A model generated the notes under the pieces. It was not told where the DNA came from. It saw only the letters and a list, made by a program, of their open reading frames with translations, and ran no database searches. A program made the position numbers and the translations under genes. A stretch of DNA of 63,626 bases from positions 88,711 to 152,336 of IMG/VR virus record IMGVR_UViG_3300023179_000017. One strand, 5' to 3'. The stretch is from a virus. Shown piece by piece: positions 19,907-28,889 of this stretch (position 1 is the first letter of the stretch; each line of letters starts with the position of its first letter).

Positions 19907-20818
19907 ATGAACGAACTAGACGCAACCACGTTTAACAATCTCTTTATCGAGAGATTGGATACTACCGAAGGGCTGCAAAAAACTGCAGCCGCTGGTGCGG
20001 CATTCGTCCGAGCCAAAATCCGTGAAATCGGATTTGCTCGACGAGTTCTTCCACCTGAATCTGTAACCCGCGCCGATACGACACGATCCACCGATCACGA
20101 TACGTTGATCAAGATCGTAGACATCGAGCACGACTCTAAAGCAATGGCTGTGAACTTCGCATCCGAAGCTGATGAGCGATATATCCAAGGCAAGCGCTAT
20201 GCTCTTCCTTTCTTCAAGGTTGAATCCGAGAAGTTTGTGAAAAGCGAAGGCGAACTTCTTGCTTATGATTATCCAATCACTAAGGTCATCGAAGAAAACA
20301 GCATCAAAGATATTCAACGCGTTGAAGACGAAAAATTCGTTGAATATGCTGAAGCTGCTGTCACCATCACCGGAAAACGGTTGGTGTCTGCTGCTACTGC
20401 TGTAGACAGAAAAGCGCTAACCTCGCTTTTCAAAATGATCGATTACGATCAGTTGGTGTCTGCTACTGTTCTTATGAACACTGTAGACTTCGACGACTAC
20501 ATGGTTCAGCCAGCAACTGAAGTCGGTTCTCCGCTAGCTTCGGAAGTCACTGTAAATGGATACAAATATCCTACAGTGATGAAACGAAAGCTCGTGGTTA
20601 CCAACAAGCACGATATCGTACTTCCCGGACATATCTGGGGATTCACAGATCCTGCTTACCTTGGTAACTTCTTCATCTTGAACGATGTAAAGTTCTGGAT
20701 TAAGAAAGAAGCTGACTTGGTAATCTGGAAGACATGGGAATATGTTGCTGAAGGTTTCGGTAACATTAAGGCAATGGCAAAGTTAGAACTTGCTGTTCCA
20801 AGCCCAATTCCAGATTAA
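19907..20818 (+). CDS. major capsid protein (HK97-like)
   Basis: 303 aa, strong RBS GGGAGG, followed by strong terminator; KIRE.GFARRVLP and IQRVEDEKF patterns; QKTA site at residues 24-27. Confidence 0.8.
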   Translation: MNELDATTFNNLFIERLDTTEGLQKTAAAGAAFVRAKIREIGFARRVLPPESVTRADTTRSTDHDTLIKIVDIEHDSKAMAVNFASEADERYIQGKRYALPFFKVESEKFVKSEGELLAYDYPITKVIEENSIKDIQRVEDEKFVEYAEAAVTITGKRLVSAATAVDRKALTSLFKMIDYDQLVSATVLMNTVDFDDYMVQPATEVGSPLASEVTVNGYKYPTVMKRKLVVTNKHDIVLPGHIWGFTDPAYLGNFFILNDVKFWIKKEADLVIWKTWEYVAEGFGNIKAMAKLELAVPSPIPD

Positions 20819-20828
20819 GTGAATTGTT

Positions 20829-20865
20829 GGGTGGGTACTCCCTCTGGGGGTACTCACCCGGCTTT
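20829..20865 (+). terminator. intrinsic terminator after major capsid gene
   Basis: GGGTGGGTACTCCC/GGGGGTACTCACCC stem followed by TTT. Confidence 0.7.
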
Positions 20866-20882
20866 AATTGAGGAGAACACAA

Positions 20883-21398
20883 ATGGAAAAATACAGAATT
20901 ATCAATACCACCGTTAAGCCAGTTCGATTAGATGCGAATGGAAAAGACACTAGAAAAACCATTGAGCGTGTAGGACACGGAGTTCAGTGGCGAGACGAAC
21001 AAGATAGGGTCATCAATCTTCAAGCCAACAAACAGTATTTCGTAAATAGAATTGACGGCGGGCTTTTAGGGCTTGCTAGAGCAGGTTTGATTAAAATTGA
21101 AAAGGTAGATGACGTCACAGACGTTTTAAGTGAGCATGTCTACCAACCAAAGACCGTCGTGGCACAAGCGACTGCCAAAAAAGCCACAGCTGTTCAAATG
21201 GGTTTAGATGACCACGCTGAAGCAAGCGGAAAAGAGTACGAAGGCGCAGTCAACCCGGACGGAGATCCTAACTTCTTAGTCACCGCTCACAGAGATAAGT
21301 CGAAGAGAGTAAGGAGACAAAGAAATGCCGACACCACAGGAACAGAGATCTCAGGAAAGGCTGAACAAAGCGAAGAAGTATCTGCGACTCTTTCTTAG
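20883..21398 (+). CDS. hypothetical virion-module protein
   Basis: RBS GAGGAG before ATG 20883. Confidence 0.55.
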   Translation: MEKYRIINTTVKPVRLDANGKDTRKTIERVGHGVQWRDEQDRVINLQANKQYFVNRIDGGLLGLARAGLIKIEKVDDVTDVLSEHVYQPKTVVAQATAKKATAVQMGLDDHAEASGKEYEGAVNPDGDPNFLVTAHRDKSKRVRRQRNADTTGTEISGKAEQSEEVSATLS

Positions 21399-21798
21399 AG
21401 ATACCCCAGAATTAAATAGGCTAATTGGAAAGCAAGAGTCGGATGACGACTTGTTGCAGTTTGCTATTGAGATGGCGATAGACGATTGGAACACCACTGT
21501 TCCAGTTATCGGCAACACTAGCATCTGCAACTTTCCAAGCCTGTATCTTTTAATGACGGCTGCCACAATCCAAGTCCTTAAAATGCAGGGGTTGTATCAG
21601 GCTCGAAACGAACTTAATTACAATAGTGGCGGCTCTAGCTTTATTCGTTCCAACAAAACAAACTACTATCAGTCTTGGATGCTTAACTTTGCCAACGAGT
21701 ATGAGCTAAAGAAAAGAAACTTAAAAATTTACCAGAACGTAATGCGCGGTTGGGGAGGCATTGCTTCGGAATATGACAGGATTGGGTATAGCTGGTGA
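21325..21798 (+). CDS. head-tail adaptor/neck protein
   Basis: LRLFLRD.PE.N.L pattern; size and position after capsid gene. Confidence 0.55.
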   Translation: MPTPQEQRSQERLNKAKKYLRLFLRDTPELNRLIGKQESDDDLLQFAIEMAIDDWNTTVPVIGNTSICNFPSLYLLMTAATIQVLKMQGLYQARNELNYNSGGSSFIRSNKTNYYQSWMLNFANEYELKKRNLKIYQNVMRGWGGIASEYDRIGYSW

Positions 21799-22664
21799 GC
21801 TGCGGTACTTTACAGAATATTAGCTTTTCTGATTTAAAGACGGCGGTTCTAAGCACAGGGCCTATCTCTCGAATCCTTGTTAAGTGGGATATTGCACCCA
21901 CCACTCAAAACCTAAATAACCTTTTATTTCATGTATATCGTGGTGAGAGCCCAAACGAGCTTACTCAGATATCAGAAAAGCCTATTCCGGCAAATGGACT
22001 TCGAGAGTTTGTAGACTACACCGGAAAGCTAAAGAACTTTGAGAAGGTTTATTACTATCAAGTAAAAGCCCATGAAATCATAGACGGGGTAACGGTTCAG
22101 ACTTTTCCTTCTCCTGTAGAGTCGATGGAGGGGAATCCAGACTTAGTGGCTATGTACATTATTGAGGAGCATCTATTTGCTTTTCAAAAAGTATTTGGAA
22201 CCCCTATTATTATTTTTAAAAAGATGCGAGAAGGCGACTCTTGCCCAGTGTGCTGGGACCCTGTTTTAAAGCGGGTGACTAAAAGTAATTGCAAGACCTG
22301 TCACGGAACAGGTTTTGTGCAGGGGTACTACGCCCCTCTTGAGGGATGGGCCGATTTAAATCCAGACCCTAAGCTTTACCAGATAGCTGATTGGGGCCAG
22401 AAACAGCCCAGCCAAACAGATATGCAGTTTACGAACTATCCGCTGCTTGGCGTCGGGGATGTGGTGGTCGAGCTAAAGCAGAATAGGTACTGGAGAATAG
22501 TAAACGTAAGGAACACTGAAAAGAATAGGACCACGATTCTTCAGGTTGCTCGCCTTGATGAGATTAATAGATCCGATGTGGAGTTAAGCCTTAATATACC
22601 AGACGAGATGCGTATGAGGCTTTTAAACGAATTAGATGCTAGAGAAAAGACGCCGGAGTTCTAA
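21795..22664 (+). CDS. head closure/neck protein with Ig/FN3-like N-domain and zinc site
   Basis: CPVCWD...CKTCHGTGFVQGY; VYR and YYYQV FN3-like motifs. Confidence 0.55.
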   Translation: MSCGTLQNISFSDLKTAVLSTGPISRILVKWDIAPTTQNLNNLLFHVYRGESPNELTQISEKPIPANGLREFVDYTGKLKNFEKVYYYQVKAHEIIDGVTVQTFPSPVESMEGNPDLVAMYIIEEHLFAFQKVFGTPIIIFKKMREGDSCPVCWDPVLKRVTKSNCKTCHGTGFVQGYYAPLEGWADLNPDPKLYQIADWGQKQPSQTDMQFTNYPLLGVGDVVVELKQNRYWRIVNVRNTEKNRTTILQVARLDEINRSDVELSLNIPDEMRMRLLNELDAREKTPEF

Positions 22665-23011
22665 TGAACAAATTAGCCGAACCATCATTAAACGCACAGC
22701 TGCCGGAAACCCACGAAGATATTCAACAAATGTATAGCTCTACAAAAAATACGCCTAAGAGTGATGGGTATTTCTGGGATGGGTTTAACAAAGCTGCGGC
22801 GGCCCGCGTTAATTTAGGAATGAAGTCTTTACGTTCTTATGGGGGTGCTCCTGGGCTAAAACCCACATCCGGGGTAGCCACAGCCGCTGCCTTTAAACCC
22901 AATCAACTACCTCTTCCAAAGCCGGTGGCGGCCAACAGAAACTTAGATGCGGCGGTTTTAAAACCACAGGCAAAGCATCAGGTTCATCACACCGGAAGGC
23001 TAAACATATGA
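22664..23011 (+). CDS. small protein with internal YFWDGFNKAA signal
   Basis: shared motif. Confidence 0.5.
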   Translation: MNKLAEPSLNAQLPETHEDIQQMYSSTKNTPKSDGYFWDGFNKAAAARVNLGMKSLRSYGGAPGLKPTSGVATAAAFKPNQLPLPKPVAANRNLDAAVLKPQAKHQVHHTGRLNI

Positions 23012-23138
23012 AAAAGAAGAAACTAGTCTTGCCGGGTCAAAAAACGGTCAAAACCTTGAAAGAAGCCTTCGAGGATATTAAACAAACTTTGGGTACCCTA
23101 CACGTACAAACCCGTGATAATCTCAAGAGAAAACACAG

Positions 23139-23780
23139 ATGATTACTGACGGAAATATAGGTAAGGGCGCCCTTCGAAAAAGCACTATTGTGGACGCACA
23201 ATCTATTCCGAATGTAGCTATCTTTCTTAAGCGCACTACGATAGAATTTTTACAGATTCTATTCTCTCAACGAGCAGAGGGTAGCTATCATTACGATAAG
23301 GATGACACAAGAACTGAAATACAGATATCCGATCAGCATACAGCTGACTTGGAAGCGATACACGTTAGGCCAGCAATCGTGGGCGTAAGAGGCCCATTAA
23401 GTTGGCAAGGGCTGGGATTAGGCGGCAACGCTTTTGAACAGCAAAGTAGAACGACAGGAAATACAACATTTAATGATCTGCTTACAGGATCAGTGGCTTT
23501 TTCATGTTTGAGTAGAGAAGGAACTGAGGCAGAGCAGTTGGCGCACTTAGTGTTCAACAGCTTTAAGTTTTTTCGACCCGTCCTTCAAAAATACGGATTT
23601 TTTTCTATCAAAAGCCTCAACATCGGTAGCGAGTCATTAATAGTTCAAGAAGGGGATGACGATGATCTCTATCTTGTTCCTGTTTATGTAACGGCGCAAA
23701 TTCAAGACAGATGGACGCTGACGGATGATGCAGCTAGAAAACTAGAAAAAATCATCACAGAAGTATTAACAAGTCCATAA
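23139..23780 (+). CDS. tail terminator/completion protein
   Basis: size and position just before the sheath gene. Confidence 0.5.
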   Translation: MITDGNIGKGALRKSTIVDAQSIPNVAIFLKRTTIEFLQILFSQRAEGSYHYDKDDTRTEIQISDQHTADLEAIHVRPAIVGVRGPLSWQGLGLGGNAFEQQSRTTGNTTFNDLLTGSVAFSCLSREGTEAEQLAHLVFNSFKFFRPVLQKYGFFSIKSLNIGSESLIVQEGDDDDLYLVPVYVTAQIQDRWTLTDDAARKLEKIITEVLTSP

Positions 23781-23789
23781 GGAGAAACT

Positions 23790-26204
23790 ATGGCGTATCG
23801 TCGACCCGCAGTAACAGTTATTCAAGAGTTTATCGGATTAGTCCCTGCTCTTGCACCATTCACTCTTCCTACTGTAGCAGTAGGCCCATGCTACCAATTG
23901 GTAGACAACGATTTAGTGGGCACTTACTCAGGAGTGCAAAGAGATTATGAATTTGCAAGCATGATGCCTGGAGCACACCCAGATATCCAGCCGCTTGATC
24001 CAAAAGATCCAATGCCAGCAACTAAGAAGCCAGTTTCTATGGTTTTAAAAAACGTAGAGCTTGGAGTGGTCGCTGAGAGCACAACAGGAGCTGCAAGCGG
24101 AGTTAACTTTACAGACGCAACCCCTAACAAATTTCAAAACGTACAAGCGGGCGATGTAGTCGTCGTTATGGAGTCTGAAGAAGTGGTGGTTGTAGAAGCG
24201 CAGACAGACGGAGCAAGCGTTTCAACACCCGGCTCACGCGATGTTTTGACTGCCGGAACAGCAGGCCAATTTGCAAACGTAAAAGCTGGTGACAGCGTTA
24301 CGGTAGTCAGTGGAACTAACACTAACACCGGAACCTACTCAGTTTTGGTAAACGTAGGCGGTAACTCTATTAAATTAGACGGCGATATCAACACCGGCGG
24401 CGGCGCTGCTTCAGACGTTGCTTACCATATTAATGGGAACAGAGGAACAGACACTGCTGGAAACTATGTAGTTAGAAGCGTGACTGATAAAAACACTTTG
24501 GTTCTTCAAAGCGCTTTTGAACAAGCAGAAGCTCCTTTGACCTACATGGTAAAAAGAAAAGTTTCTCAGCTTGCTTGGACAGAGTTCTCAGTTTCTGAAG
24601 ACGGGGTTAGCATGGCTGCTGACTTGCAAACTGAAGGATATCCAATCTTAGCTGCTGATGTAAGACTGAGCTACCGCGCTTTGAGAAATGATAAAGCTTC
24701 TAGCATCAGGCAATATTCAAGACTTGCAGACCTCCAAGCAGATTTCGGTGTGACACAAATCACCCCTCAAAATCCGCTTGCTTATGGATTGTCCATCATG
24801 CTCCAAAACACCACAACACCTGTGTATGGACTAGGACTTGATGAGAACGCAATCCCGGACGAAACTCTTTCTTACCAAAGAGCTGCCGACGTACTTGCTC
24901 AAAGCGATATGTACGCAATCGTCCCTCTCACACAAAATCCGGTAATTCACCAATCGATGAAAGCTCATGTTGAGGGAATGTCCTCTGAACAAAAAGAGCG
25001 AGTCGTTTTGGTAAACAGAACTTTAAAAAGAGAAGAAACAGTACAGCTTCGATCCACAATGGAAACAGGCCTTCCTGGATCTCGAGTAGTCGTGAACACT
25101 CAATTAGCTGGTTCTGTATCAGGACTTAGCTTAAACGTTCTAAACGACGCAACAGCCGATGTTTTCATGAACGTCCTTCCTGGCGACACGCTGGTAGTCG
25201 TCGGAGGCGCAACTGAAGGCAACTACGTAGTAGAGAGCAAAACCAACTCTAACTCAATTACCTTAGATAGCAATATCGCAACTGGTTCCGCTAGCGGAGT
25301 TAGCTATTACATTGCTCGACAAGACGGACTTGGAGCAGATGGAGTGACCCTCTATGATAGAAGCGCAACCTTCATCAGCGACGGAATTGCCGCTGGCATG
25401 ATGGTTAGAATCTTCTCTGGCGAATTAGCTGGGGACCATAAGATTGCTTCCGTAGTCAGCGAAACAACCCTTTCTTTAGCACAAGTACCTGGCGTCACAA
25501 GCCTTCAAACAGGTCTTGATTACTCGGTAGTAAGAGAGCTTACAAAATATGAACAGTCTGAGTTCTTAAAAGGCTACAGCGCCGCTCTTGCTTCACGAAG
25601 AGTGGTCAACGTATGGCCTGATGTGCTCGTAGCTCCAGTTGGTCAAGTATTGCAAGACTTGCCTGGTTTTTACGGCGCCTGTGCTTTGGGTGGAATGACT
25701 TCTGGTCTTCCAACACAGCAAGGGTTCACAAATTTATCCATCAGCGGTTTCTTAGGACTAAGACACAGCTCTGGATATTTCAATGATGATTTGTTGGATA
25801 ACATTGCAGATGGCGGAACCTTGATTCTTGCACAAGATGTAGATCAAGCTCCTCTTTATGTAAGACACCAATTATCCACAGACCGATCTGCGATTAAGTT
25901 CCAAGAGTATAGCTTCACAAAGAACGTGGACTATGTCTCTAAGTTCTTAAGAAAAACCTATGCAGGGTTTATCGGTAAATGGAACATTGTTGATTCAACA
26001 AAAGACGAGCTTAGAAGCACAGCGAAAGCAGCTCTTTCGTTTTTAAAGGATGATACTCGGCTACCGAGAATTGGCGGGGTCATTAAGGGCGGAAGGTTAA
26101 CTCAGTTAGTGGAAGATCCGGCTAACATCGACACGTTGTTGATGACGTTCGCCCTTGATATGCCGATTCCATTGAATAACTTAAAAATCACCGTCCAGGT
26201 CTAA
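23790..26204 (+). CDS. contractile tail sheath protein
   Basis: N-terminal Y.RP.V.V.QE; C-terminal YVRHQLST...NVDY...PIPLNNLKITV; beta-rich insertions. Confidence 0.85.
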   Translation: MAYRRPAVTVIQEFIGLVPALAPFTLPTVAVGPCYQLVDNDLVGTYSGVQRDYEFASMMPGAHPDIQPLDPKDPMPATKKPVSMVLKNVELGVVAESTTGAASGVNFTDATPNKFQNVQAGDVVVVMESEEVVVVEAQTDGASVSTPGSRDVLTAGTAGQFANVKAGDSVTVVSGTNTNTGTYSVLVNVGGNSIKLDGDINTGGGAASDVAYHINGNRGTDTAGNYVVRSVTDKNTLVLQSAFEQAEAPLTYMVKRKVSQLAWTEFSVSEDGVSMAADLQTEGYPILAADVRLSYRALRNDKASSIRQYSRLADLQADFGVTQITPQNPLAYGLSIMLQNTTTPVYGLGLDENAIPDETLSYQRAADVLAQSDMYAIVPLTQNPVIHQSMKAHVEGMSSEQKERVVLVNRTLKREETVQLRSTMETGLPGSRVVVNTQLAGSVSGLSLNVLNDATADVFMNVLPGDTLVVVGGATEGNYVVESKTNSNSITLDSNIATGSASGVSYYIARQDGLGADGVTLYDRSATFISDGIAAGMMVRIFSGELAGDHKIASVVSETTLSLAQVPGVTSLQTGLDYSVVRELTKYEQSEFLKGYSAALASRRVVNVWPDVLVAPVGQVLQDLPGFYGACALGGMTSGLPTQQGFTNLSISGFLGLRHSSGYFNDDLLDNIADGGTLILAQDVDQAPLYVRHQLSTDRSAIKFQEYSFTKNVDYVSKFLRKTYAGFIGKWNIVDSTKDELRSTAKAALSFLKDDTRLPRIGGVIKGGRLTQLVEDPANIDTLLMTFALDMPIPLNNLKITVQV

Positions 26205-26216
26205 TCGGAGGAATAA

Positions 26217-26918
26217 ATGGCAACAACTTCTTTTTCAAACTGGGACTTTTACAATTATCATGTACAAAGTGACCTTATCGGTGGGCAGTTCGTTAGTGCA
26301 GAATCGACACTGGTAGCTGCAGGTCCCCCATCAGTATCTCAAACTTCTGGTGGTGGAACAAACGGCGGCGTATATCCGATTGGGCTTTTAGAGTCGGTCG
26401 GTCTTCAACAGTCTAAACAACTTCAAAGAATCTTTGAAATTGGTTCTTCCAGATCCTACTTCATTCCTGGAAGAGTGATCGGGTCCTTATCGATTGGACG
26501 AACTTTCTACTTTGGGCCGAGCCTTCTAAGAGTTCTTTACGCTTACTATCGAAGCAACGCCAACAACATCGTGTTTGGTCAAACACCGGCAGGTTCTACA
26601 ACAGTAGTAGACGGACTTACAGTTCCAGATCCAAATGCTGTATTGTTAGATGTTGTCGATCAAGCCTCTTTACACTCTTTAAAGCGAAGCCCCGGTGAAG
26701 ACTACTTCTTCATTGAGCTTGCCTCAGATTTATTTAACCAGCCAACTGGTATGGCGATTTATTTTAAAGACCAGAACGCAGTAAGTGTCGGAGCTCTTTA
26801 CCTAGAGTTCTGCTACGTCCAAGGACACCAGATGTCGATTTCATCGGGATCGGTTCTTGTGATGGAAGGCGTTTCGATGCAGTACGACAGAATCGTTCCA
26901 ATCAAAGTATTGGTTTAA
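26217..26918 (+). CDS. tail tube protein
   Basis: follows sheath; IG..ES..LQQ...QRIFEIGS...FIPG and E.VS.QYDR motifs. Confidence 0.75.
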   Translation: MATTSFSNWDFYNYHVQSDLIGGQFVSAESTLVAAGPPSVSQTSGGGTNGGVYPIGLLESVGLQQSKQLQRIFEIGSSRSYFIPGRVIGSLSIGRTFYFGPSLLRVLYAYYRSNANNIVFGQTPAGSTTVVDGLTVPDPNAVLLDVVDQASLHSLKRSPGEDYFFIELASDLFNQPTGMAIYFKDQNAVSVGALYLEFCYVQGHQMSISSGSVLVMEGVSMQYDRIVPIKVLV

Positions 26919-26928
26919 TTTTGAGTAT

Positions 26929-27141
26929 ATGCGCGGCGCGTTCACTTTAGATATGTTCTTCCTAGGGTTTATCAAAAGAGCCTATCAAGAAAGTTCTGAC
27001 GAAACTTTAAATCTATTTTTTAAGCCAGAAAAGAAATTGCCTACTCTTGTTGATGGTATAGAGTTTAGCCCAGAAGAAGATGCGGTAGACGCTTCTTCTG
27101 GACAACCTACTATGTTTAGTCATATGGGCGGAGTCTTATGA
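26929..27141 (+). CDS. putative internal protein with FFLGFIKRA signal
   Basis: shared motif. Confidence 0.5.
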   Translation: MRGAFTLDMFFLGFIKRAYQESSDETLNLFFKPEKKLPTLVDGIEFSPEEDAVDASSGQPTMFSHMGGVL

Positions 27142-27359
27142 ACAATAATTTTTGGGCGGATTTGAAAAGCGAGCTTGGTTCTGGTCTAAAAAGAAGTCAG
27201 AGCCAGCTGAAACTAAACCCGCTTCCGGCGGTGTTGAATATTTGGGCTCGACAACTGCGGAGAAAAGACAATGTGCTGACCAAACAACATGATAAGAATT
27301 TAAAAAAAATGGAAGCACAAATAAAAAAAGATTACCCCGGAATATATCTTTATAACTGA
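27138..27359 (+). CDS. putative internal protein; signal GFEKRA present in the -1 frame
   Basis: DNA GGATTTGAAAAGCGAGC at 27158 is out of frame after a T5 run. Confidence 0.45.
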   Translation: MNNNFWADLKSELGSGLKRSQSQLKLNPLPAVLNIWARQLRRKDNVLTKQHDKNLKKMEAQIKKDYPGIYLYN

Positions 27360-27372
27360 CGAGGAGACAGCC

Positions 27373-27798
27373 ATGTTCAAAATCGCAAAAGACGCCACCA
27401 AAGAAGAGATTAGAGAAACACTACAAAAACACGAAGATCGTGAGACCCCAGAGCAAGAAGCTCAGGAGTCAAAAAAAGAACAAAAGATTGAAATGAAGGC
27501 AGGCATTCACGAGAAGCACGCTTTCTTTTTAAACGGATTTGAAAAGCGCGCCAAAGAAATGACGGAAAAAGAAAGATCGAAGCTGATTTGGAATGTGTCT
27601 GCTGACGTTGGGTCACTTGCTGGAGCGGGCGTTGGTGCTTACAAAGCCTATGGAGCATTGCCAGAATCTGTTAAAGCCCCCATCAGAGAGGGCGCCGCAG
27701 GTTACATAAGAGGGGTTTTATTGGGGTCGTTAGCAGGCGCATTAACCGCCGGTTTGCTGACCCGTAATAAAAAAAGAAAGGTAAAAAATGAATACTGA
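27373..27798 (+). CDS. putative internal protein with FFLNGFEKRA and glycine-zipper helices
   Basis: shared motif then GSLAGAGVG and GSLAGALTAG. Confidence 0.55.
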   Translation: MFKIAKDATKEEIRETLQKHEDRETPEQEAQESKKEQKIEMKAGIHEKHAFFLNGFEKRAKEMTEKERSKLIWNVSADVGSLAGAGVGAYKAYGALPESVKAPIREGAAGYIRGVLLGSLAGALTAGLLTRNKKRKVKNEY

Positions 27799-28252
27799 TA
27801 AATTTTTAAAGGGGTTTGAAAAGCGAGCAAGGCTACTTGAAAATGCAAATGCGAACGCTGTTGCTGATGGAGCTATTGGGCTTCATCCTTTTGGCACTAC
27901 CGTTTCTTCGTTGCTCTCAGACAGGCCGGAGGGGCACAGCCGTGGATCAGAGTGGTTAGGTAGGACGGCAGGCTCGCTGGCTGGTGGGTTGGCTGGTGGG
28001 TTGGCTGGATACCGTCTCAATTCTAATTCTGGGCTAAACTCTATACCATTAACAGCGGCATCGCTACAGGCAGCTATTATGTTAGGATCTTTTCTGGGAG
28101 AGGCTGGCGCTAGCAGGTTGCTAAATAAAAAATACTACGAGAACGGAAGATTAAAACCTGAGTACAAAAAAGGAAAACAAAAATTACCACCTCCAGTTCC
28201 TTTAAAACAACCAAAGCAGGAATATGCTAAAAAAACTCAAGAAGGAAAATAG
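27788..28252 (+). CDS. putative internal protein with FLKGFEKRA and glycine zipper
   Basis: N-terminal motif; GSLAGGLAGGLAG. Confidence 0.55.
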   Translation: MNTDKFLKGFEKRARLLENANANAVADGAIGLHPFGTTVSSLLSDRPEGHSRGSEWLGRTAGSLAGGLAGGLAGYRLNSNSGLNSIPLTAASLQAAIMLGSFLGEAGASRLLNKKYYENGRLKPEYKKGKQKLPPPVPLKQPKQEYAKKTQEGK

Positions 28253-28254
28253 TT

Positions 28255-28821
28255 ATGGAATATTTCATCAAAGGATTTGAAAATCGGGCAATGCAAAAAG
28301 AAGCGTCCCTCGCCAACATAGGCGGCAAGCTTATTGGAAGAACTGTCGGTGCGGCAAAAAAAACTACATCCGCTGCTAAAAGCCTAGTGGGAAAAACTAC
28401 CGCGGCGGTCAAAAATACCATAAACACAACTAAAAAATCCCTTGATGAAGGTCGGCGTCTTTCGCGCATCAACTATAAAAGAGGTCTGCAAGGGCGCGGC
28501 GATATCAACATGGCCAAACGACCTAAAGTTCCTGCTGGTGGGGTTATGGGACCAACTTTAAAAGGAGTCGCCGGAAACAAGTCTACTATGTCAGCTACTA
28601 AAGCAGACGTTCCTTCTCTAAAACCAAGTTCTGATGGGATTATGGGACCAACTTTAAAAGGAGTCGCCGGAAACAAGTCTACTATGTCAGCTACTAAAGC
28701 AGACGTTCCTTCTCTAAAACCAAGTTCTGATGGGATTAATCCATGGTGGGCAGCAGCTGGCGTAGGAGCGGGCATGGCGGGGAGCTCTCTCTTACATAGA
28801 CAAAAAGAAGAATCTAGATAA
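28255..28821 (+). CDS. putative internal protein with YFIKGFENRA signal and internal duplication
   Basis: N-terminal motif; 32-aa repeat. Confidence 0.55.
   Translation: MEYFIKGFENRAMQKEASLANIGGKLIGRTVGAAKKTTSAAKSLVGKTTAAVKNTINTTKKSLDEGRRLSRINYKRGLQGRGDINMAKRPKVPAGGVMGPTLKGVAGNKSTMSATKADVPSLKPSSDGIMGPTLKGVAGNKSTMSATKADVPSLKPSSDGINPWWAAAGVGAGMAGSSLLHRQKEESR
28544..28738 (+). repeat. 96-bp exact tandem duplication
   Basis: TTATGGGACCAACT...TCTGATGGGA repeated twice in frame. Confidence 0.9.
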
Positions 28822-28886
28822 TGAAAAAGTTTTTTATTGGATTTGAAAAGCGCGCTTCTAACTTTATAAAAAGTTTTGTGAGGTAA
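28821..28886 (+). CDS. 21-aa micro-ORF MKKFFIGFEKRASNFIKSFVR (signal only)
   Basis: ATG overlaps the previous stop (TAATG); contains the shared motif. Confidence 0.5.
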   Translation: MKKFFIGFEKRASNFIKSFVR

Positions 28887-28889
28887 CTT

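Noticed and set aside
23790-26918. Sheath and tube as a tailocin or extracellular contractile injection system
   Set aside because: Capsid, protease, scaffold and full replication genes are present, so this is a phage
27535-28855. GGATTTGAAAAGCG as a DNA-level repeat or operator
   Set aside because: Other copies use synonymous and conservative changes that keep the peptide, so the signal is best explained at protein level
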